DNA from: Zygnema circumcarinatum SAG 698-1b
Taxonomy: Eukaryota; Plantae; Zygnematophyceae
Reading direction: 5' to 3'
NCBI GenBank assembly: GCA_037447605.1
Contig: CM074809.1
Location: 62,001 to 126,000, forward strand
DNA: 64,000 bases
The translations under genes were made by a program, and so were the position numbers. Shown piece by piece: positions 47,318-61,300 of this stretch (its first letter is position 1; every line of letters begins with the position of its first letter). Under the pieces are notes generated by a model. It saw nothing but the letters and a program-made list of their open reading frames with translations. It did no database searches and was not told the DNA's origin.

Positions 47318-47863
47318 GGAGAGTGCTACTTCACCCCCCTATTTTGGTTATCCCACCCCCTATTTGAAAATTTTGCCCGCCCATTTGGGTTATCCCACCC
47401 CCATGTTTTGGATATTTCACCCCCTTTGGATATTCCACCCCCCCTGTTTTGGATATTTCGGGAGGGAATCTTTTGGCTACCCCTCCCATCCCCTCCCCTC
47501 CCTTGCCTGCCCTGCCCTCCCTTGCCCTCCCCTCCTCTTCTCGGTTTGCAATGTCCACAGTCCACAATGTCTACCAACTGAGTATGAGACCCGCGATGAG
47601 CTTGTACAAGTCATCACCGAGCACTACAAGCACAATTGAGTTCACATCAAGATTGGCAGGCATAGCGACAAAAAACAACAACATCTTGAGATCAATGCAA
47701 ATCTCCTTTTCTTTTGTTGCACAATGTTGGAAGTCAGTAGTGAAAAGGAAATTAAAAGGGGGTGATTTATCCAAAACAGGGGGTGGGATACCAAATGGGC
47801 AGGCAAAATTTTCAAAAAGGGGGGTGTAATAACCAAAATAGGGGGGGTGCAGTAGCATTCTCC
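47318..47863. mobile_element. Second copy of the long-TIR element (family of 15771-16464), perfect 8-bp TSD
   Basis: Ends GGAGAGTGCTACT.. / ..AGTAGCATTCTCC; AAAATTAA on both sides (47310-47317, 47864-47871). Confidence 0.85.
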
Positions 47864-47871
47864 AAAATTAA

Positions 47872-48290
47872 GGAAAATGATAATTTCCCCCCCCCCCCCT
47901 TTTAGGTTATCCCGCCCCGTTTTTTTGAAATCCCGCCTCCCATTTTGGCTATCCCCCCCCCTAACCCATTTTTTTTTCTCCTCTGCTCTCTCTCCAATAG
48001 TCTCTCCTCTGCTCTCTCTCTCTCGTTTGTTCTCTAATCCTCTGCTCTCTTTCTCTCTCTCTCTCCTCTGCTCTCTCCGCTGCTCTCTCTCTCGTCTGCT
48101 CTGCTCTCTCTCTTTGCGAATGTGTCTTTACGAACGTTGCGCTGATGTGTGACAAGGAGAAAACAGGGGGGTGAATATCCAAAATGGGGAGGGGGCGGAA
48201 TAGCCAAAATGGGAGGGCGGGATTTAAAAAAAAAACGGGGCGGGATGACCCAAAGAGGGGGGGGGGGGGGGAGGGGGAAGTATCATTTCC
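47872..48290. mobile_element. Related long-TIR MITE directly abutting the previous element
   Basis: Ends GGAAAATGATAATTTCCCC.. / ..GGGGAAGTATCATTTCC; flanks AAAATTAA / AACATTAA (7/8 identical); CT-rich interior. Confidence 0.7.
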
Positions 48291-48989
48291 AACATTAATT
48301 ATTGCGATTTTCTGAATGTGTGTGATAGCCAACATCTCATTACCAATCGAATTCAATTATAGATATTTGACATCGATATACGAACTATTGTTTTCGCTCG
48401 ATGAATTACTCATTCGTAACCGTTGCACATTTGGACGATTAAACTTAACTCCCAACAAAGGTGGGAAATGAATTGGCATTGATCTCACAATGGCGATGCC
48501 ATAGAATGTACAATGGCCAATGACTAAACACAGAGCCACGGTAAGGCGGCCACAGAGGACCAAAGGAGCGAAAGTAAGTAGTGCCATGCTTTGAGCGGAA
48601 CTTTGCTTCACGGCCCAACAACAACAACACGGCTTCAGAAGCAGCCGCGAAGGTCGCTAAGGAATCAGCAAATTCCATAAGTCACTGCATTTTGCCGCCG
48701 GTTCCGTCCATGCACCAACCGGACATTGGAAGCACGTGGACCACTCGGAACAGCCTTCAAAGGCAATGAGTAGTTTGCCGCTTACTTTCATAGACCTGCC
48801 GAGTTGAATTGCTACCTTAGGCTAGAAGCTAAATTTTGACATGAAATGGAATTAATACAGTTGTAGCAAGTCTACCAAGTCTCGCGATGAGGAAAAGAAT
48901 GAATCAATATTTCGTCCCGAAGTGCTGCTGTTGCGCATTTAAAGCTAAAGTCGTCATCAGATCTTAACACCCTGAAGGACTGCTCAAAG

Positions 48990-51900
48990 TCAGTCCTCCC
49001 TCGCGGGCTTTTCTATGATGCAGTTCAAATAGACGTGGTCGCCTGACCGCTCCGCCGGGTCCGGTTTGGGGACCAAATTCCAATGCAGCCGACTGTAGCC
49101 GAGTAACTCGAGCACGGAAATGTACAACGGCATTTCGCTAACTGGCGCATAGAACATCTCAAACCACATGATGCCGCCTGGACGGAGCACTCGATCCCAC
49201 TCCATAGTGAGCTCCTGCAAATCATAAAAAGATGGTGGAGAAGTGGCCTTGTTAACTTTATCGAAAGAGTAAAGAACAGGGCAAGGTAAGTCCTTTGAGA
49301 GAGACGCGAGGATGCAGAGCAGCACACTTACCTCGAATTCTTGCAGAGGAAGATACTTGATTGAGTTCACAGAATGGACTACATCGAGTGTGTTGTCAAA
49401 GAAGGGAAGCCGCGCTCTGTGGGGAAGGTGAAGGGGAATAAGGCCTCGCAAAGCTATGGCTTCCATGTAGGGCATTCCCTGCAGCAGTTGCAGTTCCGTC
49501 GAGTTAGCGGGGCACAACCTCAGAGGGTTTACTTCTAGGAAAGTTGCTAAGACTATTTTAGACGGGGGAGGGGAAGATGGAGAAAAGTTGGCGAGAGAGA
49601 GGGAGAGGGGGCGGGTGGAGGGGGGGGGGGAGAGGGGAGCAAAAGGGAGTGGAGAGGAAGTGTGAGGCTGAAATGTAACTGGTAATGGGAGAGGAATGGG
49701 AACGGAAAACTTTATGGATGAGAGCAAGAGAGTGAGCTGGAGGGATGGAGAGGCAAAGGGAGGAGTGGGAGAGGGAGGAACGGTTCAAGTTTGGAGGCAG
49801 AGAAGCTATCAGGAAGTGACACTGCAAAGCGACGTGACTCCAATCTAACTTCAACTTGAAGACAACCTTCATCCGTACAACATTTAAGCTATTCAGTTCG
49901 CAATTCAGTTCTTTTAAAGCGTGCGCGGCACATCAATGTCCATCAGAATCTTCTTGTTAGTGCATTTCTCGCTTCCGGTTTTCCTCACTCACGATCCCTG
50001 CTCAAACTCCCTCTCCGTCTCTCTTCCGCTCGTCCACTCTCCAACTCTCGCTTTACCCGTTCTCTCTCTCTCTCTCTCTCTCTCCCCTCCTTCCAACCCG
50101 TTCCCTACGTCCCTCTTTCTCGCTCGGAAATTTCTCCCCCTCGTTTCCTCTCCCTGACTTTGTCGCAATACCTCCTCTCACTCCCTCCTCCAACTTTTTC
50201 GCTCCCCATTTTGTTTCCCTCTCCCCTCAATGCTATCCGTCTCCTCCCGTCTCTCCTCACTACCTTTCACTATTCTAACTCGCCGCCCCCACCCTCTCCC
50301 GTCTCCCCTTCCCCCCTCTCTCCCTCTCCCTCCCACACTCTCCCCCTCTCGCTCTCTCTCGCTCTCTTTCTCTCCACTCTCGCTCACCTGGTCCCTTCCC
50401 ACCACGGTTTCGATATTCATGGCAGTCGTCAGAATAGTAACGTTGAACGCAGCCATTTGGGCGGCGAAGCTTCCAGTGCCTCCTCCCGCATCTAGCCCAA
50501 TTCTGAACCCCAACTTGCAAGCTTCTAAGGTCCAAATCTCCTATAATTCAAAAAACCAAAAGCAAAAAAATCCACGCTGTAAACCCAGAAACCGAAAATA
50601 AGCAACCTCAGCAGTATGAGATACAAGAAACTCATCACCAAAGGCTCCCACTTTTGAAAGGCTCAAACTCTAATCAGCCTAATTGCACATACAAAGACTA
50701 CACTGAAAAGTGAGCATTCAATACTTAATTCCTTTGATTCGGCAGCACTGGAGCCAGCTCCATCTGAATTTCTTTTTTAAACTGGACTTGCATTTTTCTT
50801 CGCTGGCTCTGAAAATACAGTACTTGAAACTACACTTTGGAACCCAAATGTCGCAACTCAGTCTGAACGTTTTCACTTGGAGGAAAAATAGGTTTGATGT
50901 GTTCAGTTTACCTGAGAGTGCCCTTCTTCATTTTAATTACGTCCTCCATTCTGAGGTTTCCACGATACATGGACAACCAACGATGTCTTTCAAGGCTACA
51001 AAACAAACAAAAACAAGGGGGGGAAGGTCAAGCATACGTCATTAAACAACCCTAAAAAATATCAAAGCTAGGTAAGTAAAAAGAAGTATTGCAGAGGGCA
51101 TTAATTAAGAATTTAAATAAAAGAGAGAAAAGAAGGCATAATGCAAAAGAAAATCTACCGAACTCACCTGAAATTAAAGCAGTTCCTGCAGTCGCCCTGC
51201 AGCCGCGTGTTCAAGCAATTGAAGCTCTTGCAGTAATGCAGGTCCCACCTCACCCCCTCATCATTCAACGCCTCCTGATCCCACAGAGCTTGCGGCGCCG
51301 GAATCCGCTCCACCAATTGCCGAGGAGTCCGAGAAATGCATCTCCGACGCGGCAAAGCGTGGCAATTCTTAACAAATATCAAGTTTTGAACAAAAAACCA
51401 ATCATCCGGACAGGGTCCTCGAACTGTATAATTAAAATATCGCGCGAAGTCTTCCTCGGTAGCCTCACATGCGTACCCCTTCGTGTTCACCACCGTTGCT
51501 ATGTCAGTTTTTGCTGCTTTCCCGCACCTATTCACCGCCTCTTTCGCAGCTTTCAGAGCCTCCTCTGTCACCGTTTTCGCCCCTATGGCCCCCCCTCCCT
51601 CCATTGAATCCAGCTTCGACTTCTCGTTCAGCAGCCGATCAAAGGCAGCCTGCAGCTCCTTCAGCTTGGCCTTCAAGCCCACATTCTCCTCCTCCATCTG
51701 CTTGAACTTCCCGGACGGATCCTTCACAACATCTGCGCAAGAGCAGGGCGCGGGTTCGCAAGGGAGGCTCTTTCCAGGAGCCGCGGAAGACGAGGAAGAA
51801 ATTTCACTCATGGCCCTCCCGCCTCCCGAGCTCTTTAGGGTTTCCTCCGCGGCGAGAAGCGCGGCCTTGCAGGCTCCCAGCTCCTGCCAGGGCCTCTGCG

Positions 51901-52105
51901 TCGTCAGGGTCTTCATCTCCTCCATGGCGATGCGCATCTCCTTTAGGCTCTCCACCGACTGCCGGAGAGGCGCTCTGCTCGGGGAGGAGCTCCGCAACGG
52001 GAGGAGGTCCGCCTGCTGGACGAGGACGAACGCCCCGAGCAGGACCGCCACCAGAAGGGCGAGCCGGACTATGCCGGACCGCGCCTCCTTCTTCTCTCCC
52101 ACCAT
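48990..52105 (-). CDS. Type II membrane SAM-dependent methyltransferase (At1g29790-like, Methyltransf_29-related)
   Basis: N-terminal TM anchor (RLALLVAVLLGAFVLV), coiled stalk, CPDDW..CHALPRRRC, motif I RIGLDAGGGTGSFAAQM, RLPFFDNTLDVVHS, EWDRVLRPGGIMW, terminal EKP. Confidence 0.9.
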
Positions 52106-53931
52106 GGCGGGACTCTCTCACACCCTTGCCTTCCCCCCCTCTCTCTCTCTCCCTCTCGCACTTTCCCTCTCCCTCTCTCCCTCTCTCCCTCTCTCTCTCC
52201 CTCTCTCTGACTGTGCCTCTCTCTACCTCCGCCCGCCCGCTCTGCTCTCTCCCACTCCCTCTCCCTCCCCCCCGGAGGTCAAAGCCCCGCCGGCTGCCCT
52301 GCTCCCTCGCTCGCTCGTGTGGGAAGTTCGTACGGCGACTCTGTCCGTACGGCCAAGCCAATGTTGCGCCCTCCTGGCCGGGTGCCTGACGTGGGCAGGC
52401 TGACGTGGCTGCCCGGAAAGAAACGTCTGGGCGGAGCGGGCTCTTTTCGCACTGCCCGACTCCCACAGGGCAGATGGTCGCAGGTGCGAAAATGATGGCA
52501 CATTCTAAATTTTTCTACTGTGCGATTTTCCATGGCGGGGGTCCAGTCAGCTGCCCGTACGTGACGTTTCTTCTTCTGCCCGAGCCTGCGGGCAGGAGAT
52601 GTACGGCATTTTGTCCCGTTCTCCAAAGTTCGGCCGTTTCGGCCGAATGCGACGCGGCGAAAGCACGTTTTCGGCGCATTCGTACGGTAGGGCCCCTTCA
52701 ATGTGGCCGCCGCGCGGCGACAAAGCGGCCGTCGGGGACCCACCACCGTACAGCTGTCTGTACGGTAAACGCGGCCCAGTTACTCCATTTTCTGACGTGT
52801 CCATCGCTCGTTGGCCAGTGCTAATTTTTTTTTAAGCTTAGCTACCTAGCTTAATAATTACCTTAATTAAGCATTGATTGTCCCGGCCCTGCCGTACGAG
52901 CTCCGGATAATTTCAATCTATACGGATTTGATCCATATCTAATTCCACATGACGACAAAAACGGTCCATAAATTCGTACGGTCCACCATCACACCGATTT
53001 GAGTCCGCTTGAGGACGAATCTCTACCGTCCGATCTGGATTGTACGATTTTCATGCCGAGCATCGCCGCCGTTCATTAAATGCACCCAAATCAGAAGATT
53101 CTGCATTGTACTCACAGGTGGGAACGGACAAAACAAGCTATCCGCAGAAACGACAGGCTGCCGTACGGCGGTGCCCAAGGGAACTTCGACCTAGGCTCCC
53201 TAGGTGACCTAGGTTCGGACGAGGTTCGGTTCACTCCCTGGATTGGGAGGATGCGGGCGATCGGGAGGATGCGGGCGGGCGTCACCTTCGCCGAACAGGC
53301 GGCCGCGTATCGGCGCAGACGACATATCGGAATCGATGGAGACGTATCGATGGAGGAGATATCTCAGTATATCGACACTCAGGTCGATACTTTCCTCCTT
53401 GCTGAGGCGGCGTAGGCAATGGCCCGACCAGTTCCATCCTTGGGGGCGAAGCAGCGACAACGGCGAGACAACCGTTGGAGAGTCCCCCCTCCCCCCCCTC
53501 CCCCCTCTGGGGCATAGACCAAGAAGGCAACAGAGCATAAATTTGAGATTATATTTGGAACATTGCAACTAACAAAATCCTTCCTCTGTAGGTGACTCGA
53601 TCTTTCCATTTCACTTCCAATAAAGCCCTAATCACATTTGTTTCCCCTAAACCCAATTTACAGCCCCCTTCTGCCTCCGCACTTGAGGTCCGTGCATTCC
53701 ACCGAAGCAAAGACCTAAATCGATCCTCAGCCCCTCTATATGTAACTCTCCCAACACTTGGTGCAGGTTCAACGAGCGTATGCTTAGGGAGCGGCGGCCG
53801 ATGCGCTTACATAAAGCGAGTGTTTGAGGGAGAGGGAAGGTGGGAAGGGCGGAAAGAGGAGGACGGGGGAGAGAGCGAGGGAGAGAGAGAGAAGAGAGAG
53901 GGAGAGAGAGAGGACGAGAACTTGAGGCCCT

Positions 53932-56900
53932 TTAGGGTGCAATGCCTTCCGGCAAGTCTGGAAACTCCGCTTTCATGAAGCCATCGAATTTCGCCTTCAG
54001 GGCATTCACTGCGGGCAACAGAATGGAAACTCCGCTTACAACAAAAACGCCGCCGATCACAGCAAATGCATTTCTTTGGAATGTGCTTCCCGCAGCCCCA
54101 TGGCCTTCAGCACACCTTTTTGGGCCCAAGGAGAAAGGCGCAGCTCTGACTGACCTGCTGCCTCAGCCGGCTCGGCTGCGCCCTTGGGCAGCTTCTTTGT
54201 GGCTGCCGCTGCCACCAACTTCTCCAGCTCCTTGCCTGCATGTCCCAAGTCGCCGTCTCAGACACGAGAGAGAGAAGGGGAGAGAGGGAGAAGGAGAGGA
54301 AGCGAGGGAGAGGGACAGGGTGGGCAAGCGCAGAGGTTGATTCTGCAATCTCGAGCAGAAGAGAAGCGCATAGAACTGACCTGATAGAACTTTCCCCCCT
54401 TCATTCACGTTAATGAGGAATGCCGGCACCTCAGTGGCTTTCAGCTGCACATGACACCACTCAAAAAATATCCTCTTCAATCACATATGACAAGGAAAAC
54501 CCACGCAATGACTGCTTTATTATTAACCTGCTCTATTTGAGGACCCGCCATTTGCAATGGAGCCGCAATAGCAGCCTGCGACCCAACTTCTCGTGAGGCA
54601 TTGTTAGTTTTCACGCGCGTTTCAAGGGTCTGAGACATTACCATCTCTGCGAGCTTCTCTGCTACAGAAGACGGCGCGACAGACGGAAGACCGGAGCTAC
54701 ATGCAGGTGTGAATCCCGTTCCGTCAAATCCAGCGAGGAAATAGTAAGCCGCTTGTCCGGGAGAGAGTTGAGAAATGGGGGGAATTGCTCCAGACCTGCA
54801 CTTTGCAGAAAAACAGACACACAAAATTTCAGTTTTCAAGGGCACATACGACAAACAAATCAAAACAACGCTTCAAAGTCCAACCTTACCTAAAACTGTT
54901 TATTTCTTTCTTAAAAAATAAATGTATAAGGTTTCTAAAATCTTCAGGCTTTTTGGATTTCAGCTTCAATCGAGTCTTGTAGGCTTTAGGGCTTTACGAG
55001 TCAGATGTTAGAAGGGCCAAAGCGGACGGCTGAGCATATAGATTGGGTTCAGTTGCAGCCGCCGAGAAGAGACGAGCCACGCCGTTCGGTGCCCAAACCG
55101 TTCCGTCCTGCGTTACGGCTGCCTTGGAGAGGAGAGGAGAGGTGGGAACTTGGATCTTTTTGGGGGCGAGAAGCAGTACGGACATGTCTTTCTCCACTAG
55201 CAGCCTGCATTCCAGCCCCATCTAAAGCTTCACGTTGGGGTTTTTCCTTAAAAGAGGTCTGGAAGTTTCGGTTTGGCGGGTGTAAACGATTTTGACTATT
55301 TGCATTTAGAGAGTAAGAGAGTTTTTTTGGAGATTTTCCCTCAAATTGGGTTTTTTCCTTTGTCCAGTTACCTGGCAGGCAAAGGCAGTCCTCCTGCATC
55401 TGCGATTGTTGGGCTCGCTGCTGCCATCAGCGCTGACTTAAGAGCTGTCACGTCACCAAGAGCTGAGCCCACAACTAGCAGAGCGGAGGTTTCCGGATCA
55501 AATGCAATATAGTCTTTCTTATCCAAAATAGCGGAGCTGCAAGGAAATCAAGGAGCACCCAATGATCAATACATCATCATTCTTCACCCTTCCGCCTTCA
55601 GCTCTTCTCTCTTCCTGCCTCCCTCCCACTCTCCCTGCGTTTCTTTTTTTTCCATCCTCGTCAACCTGTACCTTCTCTCCCCCATCTCCAGTCCTATGCT
55701 TCACCCACTCCCCCCCGGCCTCTCGCAGCTCACTTTCTCACCATCTCCCCTCTCCCCCCCCCCTAACTCTCTCGCTCTCGCGCCAGCCTCCTGAACTTAC
55801 CTGTAGGATGAAGCCACGTAGACAGTGACAGGAAAGAGGTCAGAAGACAACTCTCGAGTCGGCGTTTTAGCGAGGATGGATGAAAGGGCGAGGGCTCCGG
55901 CAGGAGAGTCGGCCAACACTCGCGTCCGAGCATCAAATTTGGAAGCAGATCCCACAGCGCCATCGTGCACATAAATTTTTGGAGCTGCAGAAAGATAAGC
56001 TGTCACCTGAACCCGGTCCAAATCAATGCAACGTTTAGCAAATTCTTCGTTCGTGCTCACTATTTCTGGGTGCTCGCCAGGGGTTTTCAGATTTCTAGGT
56101 TTTCTAGTGTTCGAGAACCGTCTGTCCGTTTTGCCTTTCCTTCACTTCATATTTTTTAAAATGTAGCGGTGAGGTGAGAAGTTTGCAGAATAGGAGGAGT
56201 TTCTTGTTCTGCTCAGACCTCTTTGAAGAGGCGATTGAACTTTCCCTTGGACAGAGGACCATGCCCTTTCACATAGACCGCCACTCCTGACTTTGATCCT
56301 GCATGCCATCCTTACAAACTTTCAGCCATGATAGAGGGAGGGACGCAAAGGCAAAACTAAGGGAGGGAGGGAAATGAAAAATTACAAACGCTGTGAGAAC
56401 CCCAAAAGACACCGAACTCTAAAAGACCATAGAAACCCTAAAAGTTGGAAAATGCAAGAGCAAATAAGCCCTGAAGACTTTGAAGGGCGGTAGGAAAGGC
56501 CACCTGGAAGGACAGCTCCGCTTGCCTCAAGATCGGTCTGCCGAAGGTTCCGGAAGGCCTCTCCGCCAGGTGTCACTCCCACACGGGCCAACGCCCAGTT
56601 GAGAGCATAATTTACACCAGGACCTTCCCTGAAAATTCAAAAAAAAGAAATTTTAGCAGACAAAATATATTCTGAAAAAACACGTCAGAAGGAAGTAAAA
56701 GGCCAGTTTTGCAAAGGAATGCCAGAGTAGCCTGCCTTAATCTTTCTCTTCAACGACAAAAATGGCAATCATGATAGTGAATGCAACTTGACCCGCTCTT
56801 TTCAGTTGATTGAGTGCTTGGAATCAGCCTTAAAGCAATGAGCTCAAGCGGATCTTCAAAAAATGATCCACCGCCTAAAGGAGTCGATCCAATGCATTGC

Positions 56901-57549
56901 ATGCAGTCAAGTACATTTTGTGCAGAGGCTTGTCGCGTAAAGCCCTCAGGATTAGGTTTTGAGGGCACCATCATTAGTGAAAAATTGAAAGTGACATAAG
57001 GGCCTTTTGGTTGTACATTAATAACATCACACAAGCCGTCGCAATAAATCTCCACAAGACCTAAAACTAAGTGATTAAATTTTGATTGAACCCTAACATG
57101 GTCGCGTGACCCCCCAGTCTCCAAAAAGTTCCTCAACCTAATCTCAGATAGTTAACTTCCTGCAGTTGATACGGTATTTCCGGATAATACTGATGTGCCT
57201 TAACATTTTTGCATGGACAAGAAACGTACGAGCACCCAAAGCCTGCAGGAGTACCTGGGGAATAGCACTCCCTCCGTAGCGGATGGCTCCTGCAGCAGCG
57301 CTCCGCCTGCCACCACCTGCACCCTCACAATGGAACGAGAGAGAGCGCTGAGACAGAAGAGAGAGGGAAGGATTGAGCAGGCACGACGACAGTGAGACCC
57401 CGCGTGGGAGAGTCAGAGTGAGAGAGAGAGAGAGGCAGAGGGGCAGAGAGCAGAGAGCTGTGCACACACACATTAGGGCGGGAATGGAACGAAGCGGATG
57501 CGGAGGAGAGACGGCTTGCGAGCGGAGCGAGCCGCCGAGCGCGCTGCAT
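53932..57549 (-). CDS. Plant PEP-carboxykinase-like protein, degenerate active site, mitochondrial presequence-like N-terminus
   Basis: MQRARRLAPLASRLSS..|..FPREGPGVNYALNWALA..FRNL, IYVHDGAVGS..DARTRVLADSP, GAIPPISQLSPGQAAYYFLAGF, PAFLINVNEGG, C-terminal FPDLPEGIAP. About 10 exons with GT-AG boundaries. Confidence 0.8.
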
Positions 57550-57984
57550 TGCGCCACGTGGCACGCTGTGCGAGAGGGCAGGCAGGGGAGGGGAGGGAGG
57601 GAGCGCGGGGGAGAGCCGCGGGCGGGGAGGGAGGGAGGGAGGGAGGGAGGGAGGGAGGCCAGCGGGGAGGGACGTGAACCGGACCCGTGTGAACAGGGGC
57701 GACTGAGTTGTCGCCGTTTGTTGAACGGACCACGAGCGAACGCGCTGCGCCGGCTTCTGGCCAACTTTCTGACGTCATCATCATCATCGAGCTTGCAGTT
57801 TATGGCACGCGAGTTTCTCGTGGAGTTGGCAAATTTTGTTTGAGCTCTCAGTTCTCCTATAGAAGGCTGCCACGTGGCCCAAAGCGTACTATTTCCGTAC
57901 AATGGATATATAATACCGTACGGTACTGGAAGGCGGGCGGGGCGAGCTTACAGCTGTGGGTGGCGGGGGCGGAAAGAGAAAGAG

Positions 57985-58345
57985 AAAAAGGGAGAGAGAG
58001 TGGGACGAGAGGAAGAGAGGAGAGGGAGGGAGAGGGAGAGGGAGAGGGAATAGAGGGAGAGAGGGAGAGAGGGAGAGAGGGAGAGAGGGAAGAGAAAGAG
58101 AGGGAGAGGGAGAGGGAGAGGGAGAGGGAGAGGGAGAGGGAGAGGGAGAGGGAGAGAGGAGAGAGGGAGAGGGAGAGGGAGAGGAGAGGGAGAGAGGGAG
58201 AGAGAGAGAGGGAGAGAGGAGAGAGGGAGAGAGAGGGAGAGGGAGGGAGGGAGAGGGAGAGGGAGAGGGAATAGAGGGAGAGAGGGAGAGAGGGAGAGAG
58301 GGAGAGAGAGAGAGAGGGAAGAGAGGGAGAGAGTGGGAGAGGGAG
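57985..58345. repeat. (GGGAGA)n purine tract, ~360 bp, in the divergent PEPCK-like/SAE1 promoter
   Basis: Direct reading; ends ~30 nt before the SAE1 ATG. Confidence 0.93.
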
Positions 58346-58374
58346 GCGGCAAGAGCTTCGTGGCGGAGGTGGCC

Positions 58375-61300
58375 ATGACGGCGGAAGAGGCGGTGCTGAC
58401 CGAGCAGGAGGCGGCCGTCTACGACCGTCAGATCCGCATCTGGGGGGCCGACGCGCAGCGCAGGTGCGCCTGCCGCTTGGGGGCATAATTTCCTGGTTTT
58501 TCTATGTTGGTTTACTATCTCGAAAAACAGCGGGTTGTAATCGTTTTTTAATTTGGTATGTGCACTTGCAAAAAATAAAGAACTCTTCATTTGAAAAATA
58601 GGACATGAAGAGTCCTGGAACGACTATACTAGAGGGAAGGATCAAACTTCTTGTTGCCCGTTTAAGTTCAAGAAAGCACTATTGTGAAATGAACAAGTAA
58701 AAAAGTAAACTAAGAGGAAGGCGACACGAATGCATCTCTATTCAGGTGTTGATTTTCGAGCTGTTTTGTTCTTCCCTTTCACTCTCTCTCCCTCTTCCTT
58801 CCTCTCACCTTTCCCCCCTTGTCTTCTCTTGGGGCTTAATACAAAGCAAAGAACTCTTTGAAGGTCATAGTGTTGTGGTTGTAAATGTCAATGGGCGTGC
58901 GAGTCTCGAATTGCTTGATGGAGGTTTCTCTCACCGTTGTGGGAAACTGGGCAGGCTGAGCAAAGCAAGTCTCCTGGTAGTGGGATTAACCGGAGCAGTG
59001 GCGGAGGTAAAACAAGATATTTTAGTTTTTAACTTATTACTTGACTTAAGCTCTTGTTATTAGCCCCGCTCACAACAGCTCTACATCCTCCTTGCCCCTT
59101 TTTCTATTTTTTCCTCTCTTATCTGCTCCATCTTTTTTCCCTCTTTGTGCCTTTTCCTCCACATTCACCTCGCCCGCAGTCTTCCTCCCGCTTTTATCTC
59201 TCTAGGTGTAGGTCCCTTGTTCTCGAGACTTAATGCATGCAAGCCTACCTCTCACCCCAAACTCACCCCACCTTTCTGTCTCTTTCTCTCCTGTTCCCAC
59301 TTTCTCACTCTTTCCGTCCCCCTTTCTCTCTCTTGCCCTCTCTCACTCACGTCCCACTCCCTTTCTTTTTCTCATCTCCCACTCTCATTCTCTCTTTCTC
59401 TTCGCCCCGCCTCTTGCTCATCCCTCTCGCTTTCTCTTTCGCTCTTTCTGGATCTCTCTCGCTCCTCCCACTCTCTCTCTCCATCCAACTCTCTCTCTCA
59501 CTCCCTCTCTCTGTCCCTCCCTCCCTCCCGGGCATGTGCTGGCCAGGTGTGCAAGAATGTGGTGCTCGCAGGAGTGGGCTGTGTGACTTTATTGGATGAC
59601 TCCCCGTTGCATGGCGGCGTTGCAGAAGCGAATTTCCTTGTGCCTCGTTCCGCTGCAACTGAGAACGAGCAGTCGGAACGGACTCTCTCGGAGATATGCG
59701 CCGAATCACTTCAAGACTTTAACCCGCTTGTGCAAATTTCCGTTGCAAAGGGTTAGCCCTCCCTTCACCCCCCCTCTCTCTCATTTTCTCCCTCTCCCCC
59801 TCTTCTTCCCATTTCCTCTTTGTCTTCCACTATCCATTCCCGCTCTCTCGTCCTTCTGCCCTTCATCAGCTTCTTTTTCTTGTTCCTCTACATACTGAAA
59901 CTCTCACTCTCCCTGTTCCTCTCCCTCTCTCTCCTCACTCTCTCTTCTTCTCTCACTTTTTCTCCTTGCCTTGTCCCTCCCCTTCTCCATGCGAAGTTAT
60001 GTGGGCCGGGCGCTGTATTCAGGAAACTTGAAAGATAAGCCGCTTACTTTTTTCAAAGATTTCGGGGCTGTTCTCATGGGCCGTACGCCAATCGATGAGC
60101 TGGTGAGAATAATATTTAAATAAAAAAACCCGAAAACCTGAACTTTGAATACAGGCTATGAATATTTCCAGTTCTTGTATGCCTCCAAAACTCAGAAACA
60201 TCCGACTCCAAACCCTATAACTCTCGGCACAAGGAAATACGCATTAGTGCAATGACAGCATGCTGAAATGTTCGCAGAATCCGCATTTTTTTTTTTCACT
60301 TTTTTTTACATTCGTACATTCACGCAGATCCGAGTGAATGACATCTGTCGCAGCCATAATCCGACCATTCATTTTTTCACAGTGGATTGCCGGTGGGGAC
60401 TCGCGAGATCCTTTTCTGATCTCGGAACTCATTTTTATTCGGTGAGGAGAAAAACTGCGAAACTGTTCTTTTTTTGGGTGAACTTACCGTTGATGTTGAA
60501 CGCCTTCCATTTCGACATCTTAACTTGTTCCAGAACCGTTGATTGACATTTTTTTTTTTGGACCGGGAATCCAGTTGAAGGGAAAGCCGGAGCTTGATAA
60601 AGAGACCGAGACATTTGTGAGCCTAAAGGTGAATTTCTTGCCTCTCGAGATTCTCTTTTGCGATGAAACGAAGGATTTTTTCTTCTCTAAAAGGCTAATA
60701 AACAGATCTATATCTATTTCACATTACAGACCCGTCACCGCCCCATGGATTTTTCTGCTTTCAGGATGCTTTGGCGGCGCCTTGGCGTTCACATCCGCGA
60801 AAAACTTCGCCGGTTTTTTATGCTTTCCGAGGTGGGAGCAGCCTTTTATTTTTCACGCATCCATTCTCGCAGTAACCTTTCCAGTAACTCGAACCAACCA
60901 CAACCAGGTCTACATCTTCTAGCATTTTCTACGTTCTGAGTGCTTTAAATTTGTTCAGATCCTGAACCCTAGCGACCAGTGAAACACTACAGACAAAATT
61001 GGCCGACCTTGTCACGTCCTGATGCCTCTTTTGCATTTTGAACAGTGATTGAAGAATGTGAGAAAAAGGACTGCACACAAGTGGGGGCCGCAGACCTCCC
61101 TCGTCTTCTTGAAGTTCGGAAAAAGCTGGCAGCGGAGCATGTAAGCTCCCTCTACCCCTCCCCCTTCCTCCCTTCTCCCTCCTCCCTCCCTCCCTTTCTC
61201 TCTCCTTCCCGACTCTCTCTCCACTCTCTCTACCTCCCTCACTCCCATACTCTCTCCCCCTCCCTCCGTCTCCCCGCCAACTCCCTTCCCATCCCCATCC

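Noticed and set aside
51483-52403. 306-aa + strand ORF
   Set aside because: Antisense shadow of the GC-rich first exon of the methyltransferase.
53269-53415. Short protein-like ORF MRAGVTFAEQAAAYRRRRHIG..FLLAEAA
   Set aside because: No recognisable motif, splice partner or TIR context; cannot be supported without expression data.
57708-58590. Long low-complexity ORFs around the SAE1 start
   Set aside because: Products of the (GGGAGA)n tract.
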